64,000 nucleotides of DNA from NCBI GenBank assembly GCA_018830005.1, contig JAHJTE010000002.1, positions 73,517-137,516 of the forward strand. The letters are read 5' to 3'. This document shows positions 9,403 through 19,064 of this stretch, in pieces (position 1 is the stretch's first letter; every line of letters begins with the position of its first letter). A program made the position numbers and the translations under genes. This DNA is from Candidatus Omnitrophota bacterium. Its GTDB lineage: Bacteria; Omnitrophota; Gorgyraeia; JAHJTE01. The notes under the pieces are model-generated. The model did no database searches and was not told the origin of the DNA. It saw nothing but the letters and a program-made list of their open reading frames with translations.

Positions 9403-10600
9403 TCTCTAAATATTTTTGAGGTATGCTAATCGTAAATACAGTGCCTTTCTCAAAACAGCTGGCTACATTAATTGCTCCCTCATATTTATTTACTATCTCT
9501 CTTGAAATTGCAAGGCCTAATCCTGTACCTTTGCCCTTTTCCTTCGTAGAGAAGAAAGGTTCAAATATGGCCTGCTGGATGTCACTAGGAATGCCAGTGC
9601 CTGTATCTCTAAAGCTTATTTCAACAACTGAGTCCTTTAACCCTGTAGAGATCTCAAAGTCGCCTCCCTCAGGCATAACATCTAAGGCATTCTTTATAAT
9701 ATTGATGAATACACGCGAAAGTCCGATATCATCTATGCGCGGTAAATGTTTTGAGTAATTCCTGCTAACTCTAATGCCAGCATGAATCTTATCTTTTAGG
9801 CACACGAGTGAATCATCCAAAAGTGCATTAATATCTACAAAGCTCTTAACGCTTCTTTGTCTAGAATTTACAAGTTGAGAAAACTCAACAAGCGACTTTG
9901 TGATATTTGCAATCCGGTTTAATCCCTTCTTAGCCTCTGTCAAATACTCTCTGGCAACGCTATCTGATTCCATCTTCTCAAGCAGAAAGAGCGCCATATT
10001 TGTATAGCGGATTACACCATCTAAAGGATTGTTTATTTCATGTACCAGGTTAGCTGCTAATTTTCCCACAGAGGCATATTTTTCCAATAGGGTTGGCTGA
10101 TCTTCCCTTCCATTCTCCAAGGCCTTATCTATATTGCCAGAGTCAATTGCCATGCAGGCATATTTAACCATTGTTTCTGCACATTTCAGATCCTGTTCTG
10201 TAAAAGATTCCCCTGAAGACTTATCTGCAACATTAATTAAAGCAAGAAGCCCCTCTGATGCAAACACAGGTATAGAAATAAATGACTTTGTGCGATAATG
10301 ACTAAAGCCATTCTGTCGAAAACGTTCATCTGTTCCGATGTCTTTAACCAGAACCGCAGTCTTTATATCAACCACCTTTCCCGTAATGCCCTCTCCTATT
10401 CTGCGCCTTAGGCCCTTAAAGTTCAAATCCTGTGAATTATGGAATGAATCCAAAACTAATTCTTTATTCTCAGAATCAAATATAAACAAGGAACCGCATT
10501 CAGCGCTCAAAACCGACATTATGTCTTTAAGCGCACTGTTTAGAAAATCGCTCACAGAATTATTTGTTGCTTTAGTCACTGCTAATTTCGCACTATTCAT
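9395..10600 (-). CDS. GAF-domain sensor histidine kinase
   Basis: GAF (GEGITGKV), HEINNPL, NIIKNA, DTGTGI, FEPFFST, GTGLGL; no TM segment evident. Confidence 0.92.
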   Translation of the reverse strand: MNSAKLAVTKATNNSVSDFLNSALKDIMSVLSAECGSLFIFDSENKELVLDSFHNSQDLNFKGLRRRIGEGITGKVVDIKTAVLVKDIGTDERFRQNGFSHYRTKSFISIPVFASEGLLALINVADKSSGESFTEQDLKCAETMVKYACMAIDSGNIDKALENGREDQPTLLEKYASVGKLAANLVHEINNPLDGVIRYTNMALFLLEKMESDSVAREYLTEAKKGLNRIANITKSLVEFSQLVNSRQRSVKSFVDINALLDDSLVCLKDKIHAGIRVSRNYSKHLPRIDDIGLSRVFINIIKNALDVMPEGGDFEISTGLKDSVVEISFRDTGTGIPSDIQQAIFEPFFSTKEKGKGTGLGLAISREIVNKYEGAINVASCFEKGTVFTISIPQKYLENV

Positions 10601-11450
10601 CTTTATTACTCACCCCGCTTAATTCCTCTAAAAGCTTCTTTGAATAATTAACAAACCTGCTTTCAGGGTAGATCTTAATTAATTGCTGTAGAGATTCTTT
10701 CGCCTTATCATTATCTTTTAATTTATCTTTGTAAATCCTTGCCTTGTCTATAAATAGAGTGTCTATCTTTACAGTGTCTTTATAATTTACGATTATAGTA
10801 TCGATTGTCTTAACCGCATTGATCCAGTCCTGGAGTTCAAGATAACATCTTACTGCCAAACTATAAGCATTAAGGCCTAAAGGAGTATCCGGATGTCTTA
10901 CTGCCAAAACCTTATAATGAATAGCAGCCTCATTAAAAGCTGAGTTCATTTGGGCAGTTTGATTCTTTACCTTATAATGCTCTGCTATATAAATAGGCAT
11001 TCCTAAGCCCCTAATTGTTACCGGGTAATCTTTGATGATTAGATTGTATTTTCTCAAGGCCTCATTCCAATTACCTTCTATTTCATAGGTATTGCCAAAC
11101 AGATATAGTGCTTCTGAGGCAATCAATTTATCAGTCTTGTATTTGGCGGCTAGTTTAGTTAGATAGTCTCTACCCCTAATATAGTCTTCTTTAACAATAA
11201 AAAGCCGAGGTATGGTAAACTCGGCTTTAAGAGAAAGATTATTGTTCGGGTATTTATTTATAAACTTCTGTAGTTTATCAACTGCGGCTTGTAATTCTTT
11301 AGGGGGTGAGGCATGAGGATTCTTGAAAATCTTATCTGTTAACCTCTGTGCCCGCCAATATTCCCTCTCAATGCTATATTGATCAGCAGTACAACTTGCC
11401 AAGGAAAAGCAAAAACCGACTAAGATTATTAGAATAAAGAGTTTTTTCAT
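10593..11450 (-). CDS. TPR-repeat lipoprotein
   Basis: Lipobox LASC after a hydrophobic signal; repeated helical units ending in YP (KYPNN, DYPVT, IYPES). Confidence 0.7.
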   Translation of the reverse strand: MKKLFILIILVGFCFSLASCTADQYSIEREYWRAQRLTDKIFKNPHASPPKELQAAVDKLQKFINKYPNNNLSLKAEFTIPRLFIVKEDYIRGRDYLTKLAAKYKTDKLIASEALYLFGNTYEIEGNWNEALRKYNLIIKDYPVTIRGLGMPIYIAEHYKVKNQTAQMNSAFNEAAIHYKVLAVRHPDTPLGLNAYSLAVRCYLELQDWINAVKTIDTIIVNYKDTVKIDTLFIDKARIYKDKLKDNDKAKESLQQLIKIYPESRFVNYSKKLLEELSGVSNKDE

Positions 11451-12331
11451 CTATCTTGAGACTTTTTATGCCCTAAGTACAACAAGGTCGTTGACATGAT
11501 AATCAGTGGGTCTATGATTAAAGAGCCTATTATTATACTTATACCTACAACAAAAAGAATGAATTCTGGGAAAAATTTATTGATTAAGAATAGCTTATTG
11601 GCATTTAAGATAATTATCGGGATATATAAAAGCATGGGCAAACCAACCAAAATAAGCGTAGCAATGAACTTCTTTAGGAAAAATACAATTGAATTACCAA
11701 TTGCCTTAAACAGGTTTTTATTATCTATAATTATTCCGGGGATAGCGTAAATGAATAGCGCCTGCAACAATACCGCAACTACGAAATTTAAAATTATAAA
11801 GATAGGGCCGATCCAGACTTTAGCACTAAGAAAGAGTAATCTTTCATGGCCAGCTACGAAATACTTAGCTAAACTAACGGTTAGTATCTTTGTAAACACA
11901 TAGTAGCCAAGAGTAAAGATTAAAACAACAGTAAAAAGAGAAAGATATTTCTTAATCGCTACATTAAAACACTTAGCTAAATTTATATGTTTATTTTTAT
12001 AAATATCGAAGATTATGGCAACCGCCATACCGGTCAATAAAGAGCCTATAAGGATAGTAAGCCCCATCCTTGCGTTGGAGACTATTTTAGGCAACAATAA
12101 GAAATTAAACGGGTAATGAAGAAATTTCTCACCCCAAAGGGTTCTTATTGGCGGGCCAAGTACAGCTACCAGAGGTACTCTTGGAGCTAGAGATAGAATA
12201 ATGAAGGAAAGATATTCAAAACTTATAAAAAGTATAAAGGGGATAAAAACAAGAGGGGCGCTTTTAAAAATTTGAAAAGACCTAACATAGGATTGTTTTA
12301 CTAAAGATACAGGGGAATCCTGAGAGCTCAT
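11447..12331 (-). CDS. Integral membrane protein, unknown function
   Basis: About 6 hydrophobic segments; first gene of the regulatory operon. Confidence 0.7.
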   Translation of the reverse strand: MSSQDSPVSLVKQSYVRSFQIFKSAPLVFIPFILFISFEYLSFIILSLAPRVPLVAVLGPPIRTLWGEKFLHYPFNFLLLPKIVSNARMGLTILIGSLLTGMAVAIIFDIYKNKHINLAKCFNVAIKKYLSLFTVVLIFTLGYYVFTKILTVSLAKYFVAGHERLLFLSAKVWIGPIFIILNFVVAVLLQALFIYAIPGIIIDNKNLFKAIGNSIVFFLKKFIATLILVGLPMLLYIPIIILNANKLFLINKFFPEFILFVVGISIIIGSLIIDPLIIMSTTLLYLGHKKSQDR

Positions 12332-12378
12332 ATATGCCTATTTTTCTAATGGGTATTTTGTTTACTGAAAGAAACATT

Positions 12379-12407
12379 ATTCTAACAGGCAAAAGTAATT
12401 GTGTCAA
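12379..12407 (-). promoter_or_regulatory. Sigma-70 promoter of the membrane protein-TPR-HK-RR-PocR operon
   Basis: Minus strand TTGACA-17 bp-TAGAAT. Confidence 0.7.
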
Positions 12408-12458
12408 GAACAAAATTCGTTGATTTTATTAAACTTACGAAAATTTGCCTTGACTGAA

Positions 12459-12743
12459 TTAGCTCCTCTTCTTTCTTCTAGAAAGCACTAGTCCTAACAA
12501 TCCGCTGCCTAAAAGCAACATAGAGCTCGGTTCCGGATTAACCACTGCCTGATCATAGCCAGGAGAATCATCACTTATATCATCGACTATGATATCATCT
12601 ACAGTGATACCATCACTGACTATGCTACTACTGGCAAAGGTATCAGTACTACCACTGGAAGAGCTACCACCTCCGCCTCCATTACAGCCAGAAAGAACTA
12701 GCCCAAAAAACAACACTAAAACTAAACTAACTGATTTTTTCAT
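12459..12743 (-). CDS. Small PEP-CTERM lipoprotein
   Basis: Lipobox LSGC; Gly/Ser/Asp-rich body; NPEPSSMLLLGSGLLGL..RRKKR. Confidence 0.85.
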   Translation of the reverse strand: MKKSVSLVLVLFFGLVLSGCNGGGGGSSSSGSTDTFASSSIVSDGITVDDIIVDDISDDSPGYDQAVVNPEPSSMLLLGSGLLGLVLSRRKKRS

Positions 12744-12872
12744 TTTTACCCTTTTGTTGTAATTTTAAGACTTGTGGGGCAAACCCTTTTCAAGATTTGC
12801 CCCCTTATCTTTTGCAGTTTCGAAAATGCACCATCAGGGGGCATTTCTAAGAATTATTCTAAAAGAAAAAAC

Positions 12873-13526
12873 CTAGGATTTTTTCCTTTTTAAACCGAAT
12901 AAACCTAGAACACCCATTCCTAATAACGACATAGTTGCTGGTTCAGGAACTACTCCTACAGAAACGTCACTAAAAGTTCCCCAAGATGGAAGAGAACTAT
13001 CATAAGATGTTCTCAACACTATATTCAGATAATAATCTGATCCTGGAGTAACCATAACTGTAGACTGTTTCTTCCAACCACCACTTATACCCTCCAAGCC
13101 GTCTTCTGTGGCTCCACCCCAAGTAAGTCCTCCAATAATTGAAGCGCCATTCCAAAGATAATCTCCTTGAGTTATAACTGCATAGAACTCATCATAATAA
13201 GCAGAGTCATAACTGTTAAAGACCTTATCGAAATAGAGCTCGTAACCGTCAGGCGTTCCTAATGGAGCTAGAGATAGTCCTACGCCTTTCCAGCCTGCAG
13301 ATTGCGAATCACCTTCTTGTGGTAGAGTATCAAAATCTCCAATTGTAACAGATCCTGAAGTAGCAAGGATAACTGTTGTTAGTGAATCTCCGCTAATATT
13401 CGAATCTGGTGCGTAAACCACAGTAAAGATTGGATTGGAAATTTCAATATAGGCTGCTTCGGCATTTTGAAGCAATGCAAAACTTCCTAACGCCAAGATT
13501 GCCATACATAGCAAGATTTTCTTCAT
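12873..13526 (-). CDS. PEP-CTERM sorting-domain protein
   Basis: Signal peptide (AEA); C-terminal VPEPATMSLLGMGVLGLFGLKRKK. Confidence 0.92.
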   Translation of the reverse strand: MKKILLCMAILALGSFALLQNAEAAYIEISNPIFTVVYAPDSNISGDSLTTVILATSGSVTIGDFDTLPQEGDSQSAGWKGVGLSLAPLGTPDGYELYFDKVFNSYDSAYYDEFYAVITQGDYLWNGASIIGGLTWGGATEDGLEGISGGWKKQSTVMVTPGSDYYLNIVLRTSYDSSLPSWGTFSDVSVGVVPEPATMSLLGMGVLGLFGLKRKKS

Positions 13527-13657
13527 TCTATTTTCACCTCCTTTTTGTTAATTTTATCTATTAATCGCGTCCGTGGCTTTTAACGCGTTAATATTCTCCT
13601 CTTTATGAAATTAATAAACACAGAAACAACAATATATTTTTTAGTCTTCTCTTCATT

Positions 13658-14269
13658 TTATTTAAGCTTCTTTCTCTTTATACCAGCCAATCCTAACAAT
13701 CCTAATCCTAAAAGAGATAAGGTAGCAGGTTCTGGAATTGTAGACGTTTCAATAGTAAAATAAATACCGTCGTTATAATAATGACAATCCGGGTCAATAC
13801 CAAAACCAAAATTGCCATCACTAAGCCAAGCAAAATTGGCTGCAGGTATAGAGTAGGTTAAATTAACCTTATGGTTTGAATCTCCATAAGGGTCGTGCCA
13901 AACGCCTAACAAAAGTCCTTGAGTGGAAAAATTATCGCCGCCACCTTCATTATCCGTGCCTACAGTAACCGTACCAGTATATGTTCCGGCACCAGGCGCT
14001 ACATAAGCCGAGTCCAAAAGATGAGTGTAAAGACTATCATCCTCACCCCATAGGTGATCCCACATTTGTTGATAAGTCAAAGTTGCACTGGTTATGGTTT
14101 CTCCTGAAGGCACATACCAATCTATCCCCCAAGTATAGAATTCCTGATGAACTAAATCATAAAGGTCAGAGGGGCTCGGCGAAAAGGTGTAGGTATTGGC
14201 GAAAGCAAAATTCTGACAAAGCAGCATTATTGCTGCTGCTATTAGTAAAACTAAACATTTTCTTTTCAT
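13658..14269 (-). CDS. PEP-CTERM sorting-domain protein
   Basis: Start at MKRK after GAGG; signal peptide AFA; C-terminal IPEPATLSLLGLGLLGLAGIKRKK. Confidence 0.92.
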   Translation of the reverse strand: MKRKCLVLLIAAAIMLLCQNFAFANTYTFSPSPSDLYDLVHQEFYTWGIDWYVPSGETITSATLTYQQMWDHLWGEDDSLYTHLLDSAYVAPGAGTYTGTVTVGTDNEGGGDNFSTQGLLLGVWHDPYGDSNHKVNLTYSIPAANFAWLSDGNFGFGIDPDCHYYNDGIYFTIETSTIPEPATLSLLGLGLLGLAGIKRKKLK

Positions 14270-14271
14270 TT

Positions 14272-15156
14272 TTACCTCGCTCCCCTTCCGGTTAAAACTA
14301 TTACAACCGTATTGGCTAAAATTCTTAAATCTACTAATAAGCACATTTTTTTAATATATAAAATGTCGTATTTAATTTTCTTCTTTACGTCCTCAATTGT
14401 CTCATCATATTTATGCCAAACCTGCGCCAGTCCGGTTATCCCTGGCTTTACTACTAGACGTTGCTCATAATCACGAATTAATGTCCTTAAATCTCTAACT
14501 AGTTCCGGTCTCTCAGGCCTAGGTCCAACAATACTCATCTCACCCTTCAAAACATTAATTAACTGTGGAATCTCATCTATGTGGAGTTTTCTTAAGATTC
14601 TACCAACTGGAGTAATGCGTGGATCGTCTTTTCTGGCCCAAATTGCACCAGTAGCATTTTCTGCATCAAAGTACATAGTTCGCAATTTATAAATTTTAAA
14701 AAGTTCACCAAACCTTCCCATCCTATCCTGCTTATATACAATAGGACCTTTTGAGGTTAGCTTTATAATAGTGCCTGCAACTAAAAGAAATGGGAACGAT
14801 AGGACTAATCCAGTGCTAGCAAGCATAATGTCCATTATCCTCTTAAGTCTTTCAAAGCTTCTACGGACAAAACGAACTATAAGTCCGGTAACCCCGCTTA
14901 AAAGTAGAAACAAGGTGTTAAACTCAGGAGCGCGTGATTTCTCTGGAGTTTTAGCTGAAATGACAGGCTTACTATAATCAACAGTGCCTACTATATCCTG
15001 GGAGGAAATCTCTGAAGAGTCTAAATAAGTAACAGCAAAGGTCTGGCTTTCATCAAAACTTGATAAGAATAGAAAAAGACCAATTACGCAAATAAACGCA
15101 ACTAGTATCTTCTTAAAATTTGCTGTTGTCCTTAATTGTCCTGTATTTTGATTCAT
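14272..15156 (-). CDS. Priming phosphoglycosyl (sugar) transferase with N-terminal signal peptide and PEP-CTERM-like segment
   Basis: KRIMDI, YKLRTM, DPRIT.VG..LRK..IDEIPQL.NVL.GEMS.VGPRPE, KPGITGLAQV. Confidence 0.9.
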   Translation of the reverse strand: MNQNTGQLRTTANFKKILVAFICVIGLFLFLSSFDESQTFAVTYLDSSEISSQDIVGTVDYSKPVISAKTPEKSRAPEFNTLFLLLSGVTGLIVRFVRRSFERLKRIMDIMLASTGLVLSFPFLLVAGTIIKLTSKGPIVYKQDRMGRFGELFKIYKLRTMYFDAENATGAIWARKDDPRITPVGRILRKLHIDEIPQLINVLKGEMSIVGPRPERPELVRDLRTLIRDYEQRLVVKPGITGLAQVWHKYDETIEDVKKKIKYDILYIKKMCLLVDLRILANTVVIVLTGRGAR

Positions 15157-15182
15157 ATTTCTGCCTTTGTATCTTATATAAG

Positions 15183-15199
15183 AGCATTTTTTATGCCAA
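15183..15199 (-). promoter_or_regulatory. Sigma-54 -24/-12 promoter (sugar transferase / PEP-CTERM operon)
   Basis: TTGGCATAAAAAATGCT = GG-N10-GC. Confidence 0.8.
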
Positions 15200-15480
15200 C
15201 TTTGCCTTATTGGTAAAAACTTTTTTTATGTTTTTTAACTTATTACTTTTCAATGGGTTATGAAAATAAAATTTTAAAAAAAATACATGCCAAATTTATG
15301 TTTTGGTCTTAGTATATGTTTTTGTTCCCAAAAGGAAACACAGATTAGATAAATTTTAAGATAAATACCATAACTTATTATTTAACAATATGTTATGAAA
15401 ATTTAATTTAAAATATGTATATATACATAAGGTGTTCATTTTTAAACAATTCTTAACAAAAATAAAGAGGAAATTGGATT

Positions 15481-16101
15481 TTAAGGGATGTATTTAGCGA
15501 GCAAGGGACTAATCTCATTACTAAAGGACTTAAGTAGCTTAAAGGCCTCTTCCTTATCATTTGTCTTCAAGTCTGTTGAAATTCTAATCATTGCACCAGC
15601 AGTTCTTTTTCCCAACATGCGATCGATAACTATTTTCATCTGTTGCTTTATATAATTATCAGTATAAACATTTCCAGCCTTGAACCAATAAATATACATC
15701 TGTGGAATCTTCTCTTTTTCAACAATCAACTTCATTGCCTTAATAGGACTGGTTAGCTGGATAGAATCCTTCTCTACTATTGTCATTCCGCTGCCTAAGA
15801 GACAAATCTCAGGTGGATGACTTACCTTACGATTATCTTCTGAATAGATTAAATAAAGATACACAGATTGACCTTGTTTATTTTTATATTCTCTTACGAA
15901 GAGATTTCGTGTTTCTAAAATCGCATAGTCATTTTCAGAAATTGGAATGTCTGTTGATGTCCACTCACCAAATTCCTTTGGGAAATCAGATACCTTAATA
16001 TTTGAAGTAGCATCTGTTCTTGTTGGTAAATAAGAGGCAAGGCTCAAATAAACAACAAGGATTAGAATTAAAACTATGATAATGAAGTTTCTATTATTCA
16101 T
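15481..16101 (-). CDS. epsI: EpsI-family exosortase-associated protein
   Basis: N-terminal TM, FP..FGEW, HPPEICL.GSG, YWF; adjacent to the exosortase. Confidence 0.85.
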   Translation of the reverse strand: MNNRNFIIIVLILILVVYLSLASYLPTRTDATSNIKVSDFPKEFGEWTSTDIPISENDYAILETRNLFVREYKNKQGQSVYLYLIYSEDNRKVSHPPEICLLGSGMTIVEKDSIQLTSPIKAMKLIVEKEKIPQMYIYWFKAGNVYTDNYIKQQMKIVIDRMLGKRTAGAMIRISTDLKTNDKEEAFKLLKSFSNEISPLLAKYIP

Positions 16102-16122
16102 TTTGTATCCTTTCTTAAGATA

Positions 16123-16935
16123 TTATTTTAAGGTATTTTCTACAATCAATAGTCCAATAAATGCAAACACAAATACAAATAAACCCATTGCCGTATGGAA
16201 CATACCTGTTGCCCATTTAGCACCGTATATCTCACTAACTAAAGACAAAGAAACTATACGTATTACATTTGTAGAAATAGCAATTGGGATTGAAGAAGCA
16301 AACAAAATCATCCTTTTGGAACGAGAAAGATTGCTCAAGTATCCCATAAGTGCACCTAGGGCAATTAAGGCGATTAAACTTCTTATTCCTGAACATGGAT
16401 CCTCAACAATAAGATAAGAATTTGCTGTCTTTATAATGCTGCCCTCCCTTATTGCTCTAATGCCTAGATTATTTATGATAAATGTTGAAATCTTTGCAGC
16501 AAAGATCTTCAGCTGAAAGCTCAAATTTGCAATTGCAACCAAAGGCAGTGGAATCATAAATATTAAAAATGATATAGGGAAAAATAACTTTTTTAGATAG
16601 TCTTTACCAAAAAATAATAAAGCTATTCCAATAATAGTTAGGATTAGAGAAAATCCCGACGAGAAATATACCCTCCAAACTGCACTTATGAGATGGATTA
16701 ATAACCCTGCACCAAGAAATAACCAGCCCATATTTGAAGGATTAATCTTTATACTTTTTAATTTATCCCTCATCTGCCAAATAAGAAAGATGCTTATAAA
16801 TGGCACTAGAAAACCATGGTTGTAATAGCTATCCTTAGCATTCCACCTATCATACATCCAAATAAAGGTTGGAATGTAGGCGATAATTATTAAAGCTGCT
16901 AAGGTAGCTAGCTTAATCAAATCCTGCTTCTTCAT
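16123..16935 (-). CDS. xrt: Exosortase (EpsH family)
   Basis: YYNHGFLVP, catalytic CSGIRS, N.IRI and FH motifs; about 8 TM segments. Confidence 0.93.
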   Translation of the reverse strand: MKKQDLIKLATLAALIIIAYIPTFIWMYDRWNAKDSYYNHGFLVPFISIFLIWQMRDKLKSIKINPSNMGWLFLGAGLLIHLISAVWRVYFSSGFSLILTIIGIALLFFGKDYLKKLFFPISFLIFMIPLPLVAIANLSFQLKIFAAKISTFIINNLGIRAIREGSIIKTANSYLIVEDPCSGIRSLIALIALGALMGYLSNLSRSKRMILFASSIPIAISTNVIRIVSLSLVSEIYGAKWATGMFHTAMGLFVFVFAFIGLLIVENTLK

Positions 16936-16982
16936 ATTCTCTCCTTATTTTGAACTATAAGTAGCCTTCTGCCTAATTCTAC

Positions 16983-18134
16983 TTACCTTTCCGTTCTCGC
17001 CCAGGCAACGCTTTGTCGTCCCGTGATATACCGCACGAAGCCTATTAATAGCGACAAATTCATTGAGACAAAATAATAACATAGATTAATCGGTTTTATG
17101 TTTATGCCAGACCAACTTAGAATCTGCCCAACAACTGCGCATATATAAAAAATGCATTGCATAGCGAATACCAATTTATATAAAGGATCCATCAACAAAA
17201 ATAGATTCAAAAAGACTGCAAAAATCAGGAAAAACGGCGCAAGCCATCTTAAGACCTTATGGGACCAGAACGAAAAAGACGAAAACCCCTTCAAGGGATT
17301 CAACATAGGCAACAGCCGGAAAAGAGCTTGAAAATCTCCAGCTCCGATGCGAATTCGTCTTTGTTTTTCCTGAATGATATGCTTTGTCGTCTCCTCGATA
17401 GCCACAGCCTCTTTCTCGTAAAAAACTTTATAACCTTTTTCTAAAATCTTCATAGGAATAAAAAAATCTTCGACAATGGTATCCGAAGGACACGGGATAA
17501 AAAGTTCCTTTCTGATTGCATAAATAGGGCCATTCGCCCCTAAAAGAGAACCTCGAGCTCCTTCAATTTTCTTAAGGAATGTTTCGTATCGCCAATAAAA
17601 ATTTTCTAATTCAGCGCTGTCGCTTCCTTGCGCATTGACAAATTTTAACAAACCGCATACACAGCCGATACGAGAATCATCAAAATAACAGACCAGTTTT
17701 TTTATAGCATCTGGTTCAAAAAAAGCATTGGCATCACTAAAAATAATAATGCCATGCTTGGTGCGCGGGAGTGTTTCATTGAGAACGTTGGCTTTTCCTT
17801 GCCTTTTGGAGTAATCAAACAAAATGACGCCATCTAAGTTGTACCTTCTTACAATTTCATTGGTACGGTCATCCGATCCATCAGAAGCAATAATTATCTC
17901 TAGGCGATCTTTAGGGTAGTCGAGTTCGAGGCAATTTTTTATTCGCTTTTCTATAACCTTCTCTTCATTATACGCTGCAATAATCAGCGATACTTTTGGA
18001 AGATTTTCAGTGGTTGTAAACTTCGGCCGCTGGATAAATTTATCAAATAAAAACAATAGCATCGGATATAAAATATAGGCATATCCGATTAAAAAAATAG
18101 ATAGCCAAAATGAAAATTTGATTATGCTATACAT
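16983..18134 (-). CDS. Glycosyltransferase family 2, membrane-bound
   Basis: IIAAYNEE, SDGSDD, FSDAN, EDF, RRIRI. Confidence 0.9.
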   Translation of the reverse strand: MYSIIKFSFWLSIFLIGYAYILYPMLLFLFDKFIQRPKFTTTENLPKVSLIIAAYNEEKVIEKRIKNCLELDYPKDRLEIIIASDGSDDRTNEIVRRYNLDGVILFDYSKRQGKANVLNETLPRTKHGIIIFSDANAFFEPDAIKKLVCYFDDSRIGCVCGLLKFVNAQGSDSAELENFYWRYETFLKKIEGARGSLLGANGPIYAIRKELFIPCPSDTIVEDFFIPMKILEKGYKVFYEKEAVAIEETTKHIIQEKQRRIRIGAGDFQALFRLLPMLNPLKGFSSFSFWSHKVLRWLAPFFLIFAVFLNLFLLMDPLYKLVFAMQCIFYICAVVGQILSWSGINIKPINLCYYFVSMNLSLLIGFVRYITGRQSVAWARTER

Positions 18135-19053
18135 CGACTTGACATCCTTTTTTATGTCTTATCATTGTTCGGAGTGATTTTATAATCCTTTTTAAGCTCG
18201 GATCAAACAGCTGGCTTTTAATGATACATCTAACAAACAATCTATAATCCTTCTTTTCCATACATAGAATTTGTCGGGCAATACTCCAGAGTTTTTCGGC
18301 GTAGATTTCTCGATAAGAAGAATGCAGAGCAAAGGCTTCCGGTGCATAACTACACACAATCTTGTATTCGTATATGAATTTAGCAATTGGATTTGATTTT
18401 GTCGTACTATTTTTTCGAACTTTATAAATATACAAGGGTTCTTCAACTTTGCATATTTTAAATCCATGTTTTGCTAATCTTATCCACATTTCCCAATCCT
18501 CGCGAATACGAAAATCTTTATGGAATCCGCCTACTTTTTTAAAACACTCCTTCATTATGACAACTTTTGATGGACCCCCAATCACATCTTCCCTAAGAAC
18601 AGCAGAATATAAATTTTCATTAGCGCCAATCGCAACAGGTGCTTTAAAAAAATCTTTTTTTATGGTGGCCTCACTTGCATCTAACTCTAGCCGGTAGGCG
18701 TTTGTATATACCCATTGGCAGGCATTTGCAACCATGGCTTCGGTAGTCTTCTGCAGGAATTCTGGCAGCCATTCATCATCTGCATCTAAAAAGGCAACAT
18801 ATTGGCCTCTGGCCTCAGTAATTCCTTTATTTCGAGCAGCAGACGGCCCTTTATTTGCCTGCGAAAAATATCTTATGACCGAAGGATGTTGACGAATAAA
18901 TCTTTCAGCCACTTCACGGGTATTGTCGGTTGATCCGTCATCCACAATAATTATTTCAAAATCCTTATATGACTGATTAAGTACACTGTTGACGGCATCC
19001 GGCAAATATTGAGCCCGGTTGTATATAGGGATAATAACGCTAACGTTCGGCAT
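18127..19053 (-). CDS. Glycosyltransferase family 2
   Basis: VSVIIP.YN, VDDGSTD, ARNKG, FLDADD, EDWE. Confidence 0.92.
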   Translation of the reverse strand: MPNVSVIIPIYNRAQYLPDAVNSVLNQSYKDFEIIIVDDGSTDNTREVAERFIRQHPSVIRYFSQANKGPSAARNKGITEARGQYVAFLDADDEWLPEFLQKTTEAMVANACQWVYTNAYRLELDASEATIKKDFFKAPVAIGANENLYSAVLREDVIGGPSKVVIMKECFKKVGGFHKDFRIREDWEMWIRLAKHGFKICKVEEPLYIYKVRKNSTTKSNPIAKFIYEYKIVCSYAPEAFALHSSYREIYAEKLWSIARQILCMEKKDYRLFVRCIIKSQLFDPSLKRIIKSLRTMIRHKKGCQVDV

Positions 19054-19064
19054 ATTAAAAACCC

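Noticed and set aside
12776-12805. GGGCAAA..GAAA segment resembling the start of a second GEMM riboswitch
   Set aside because: Lacks the GGGAC-GCAAAGCC junction and P3; explained as a simple hairpin
15277-15293. TTGGCATG half-site suggesting a third sigma-54 promoter
   Set aside because: No GC at the -12 position
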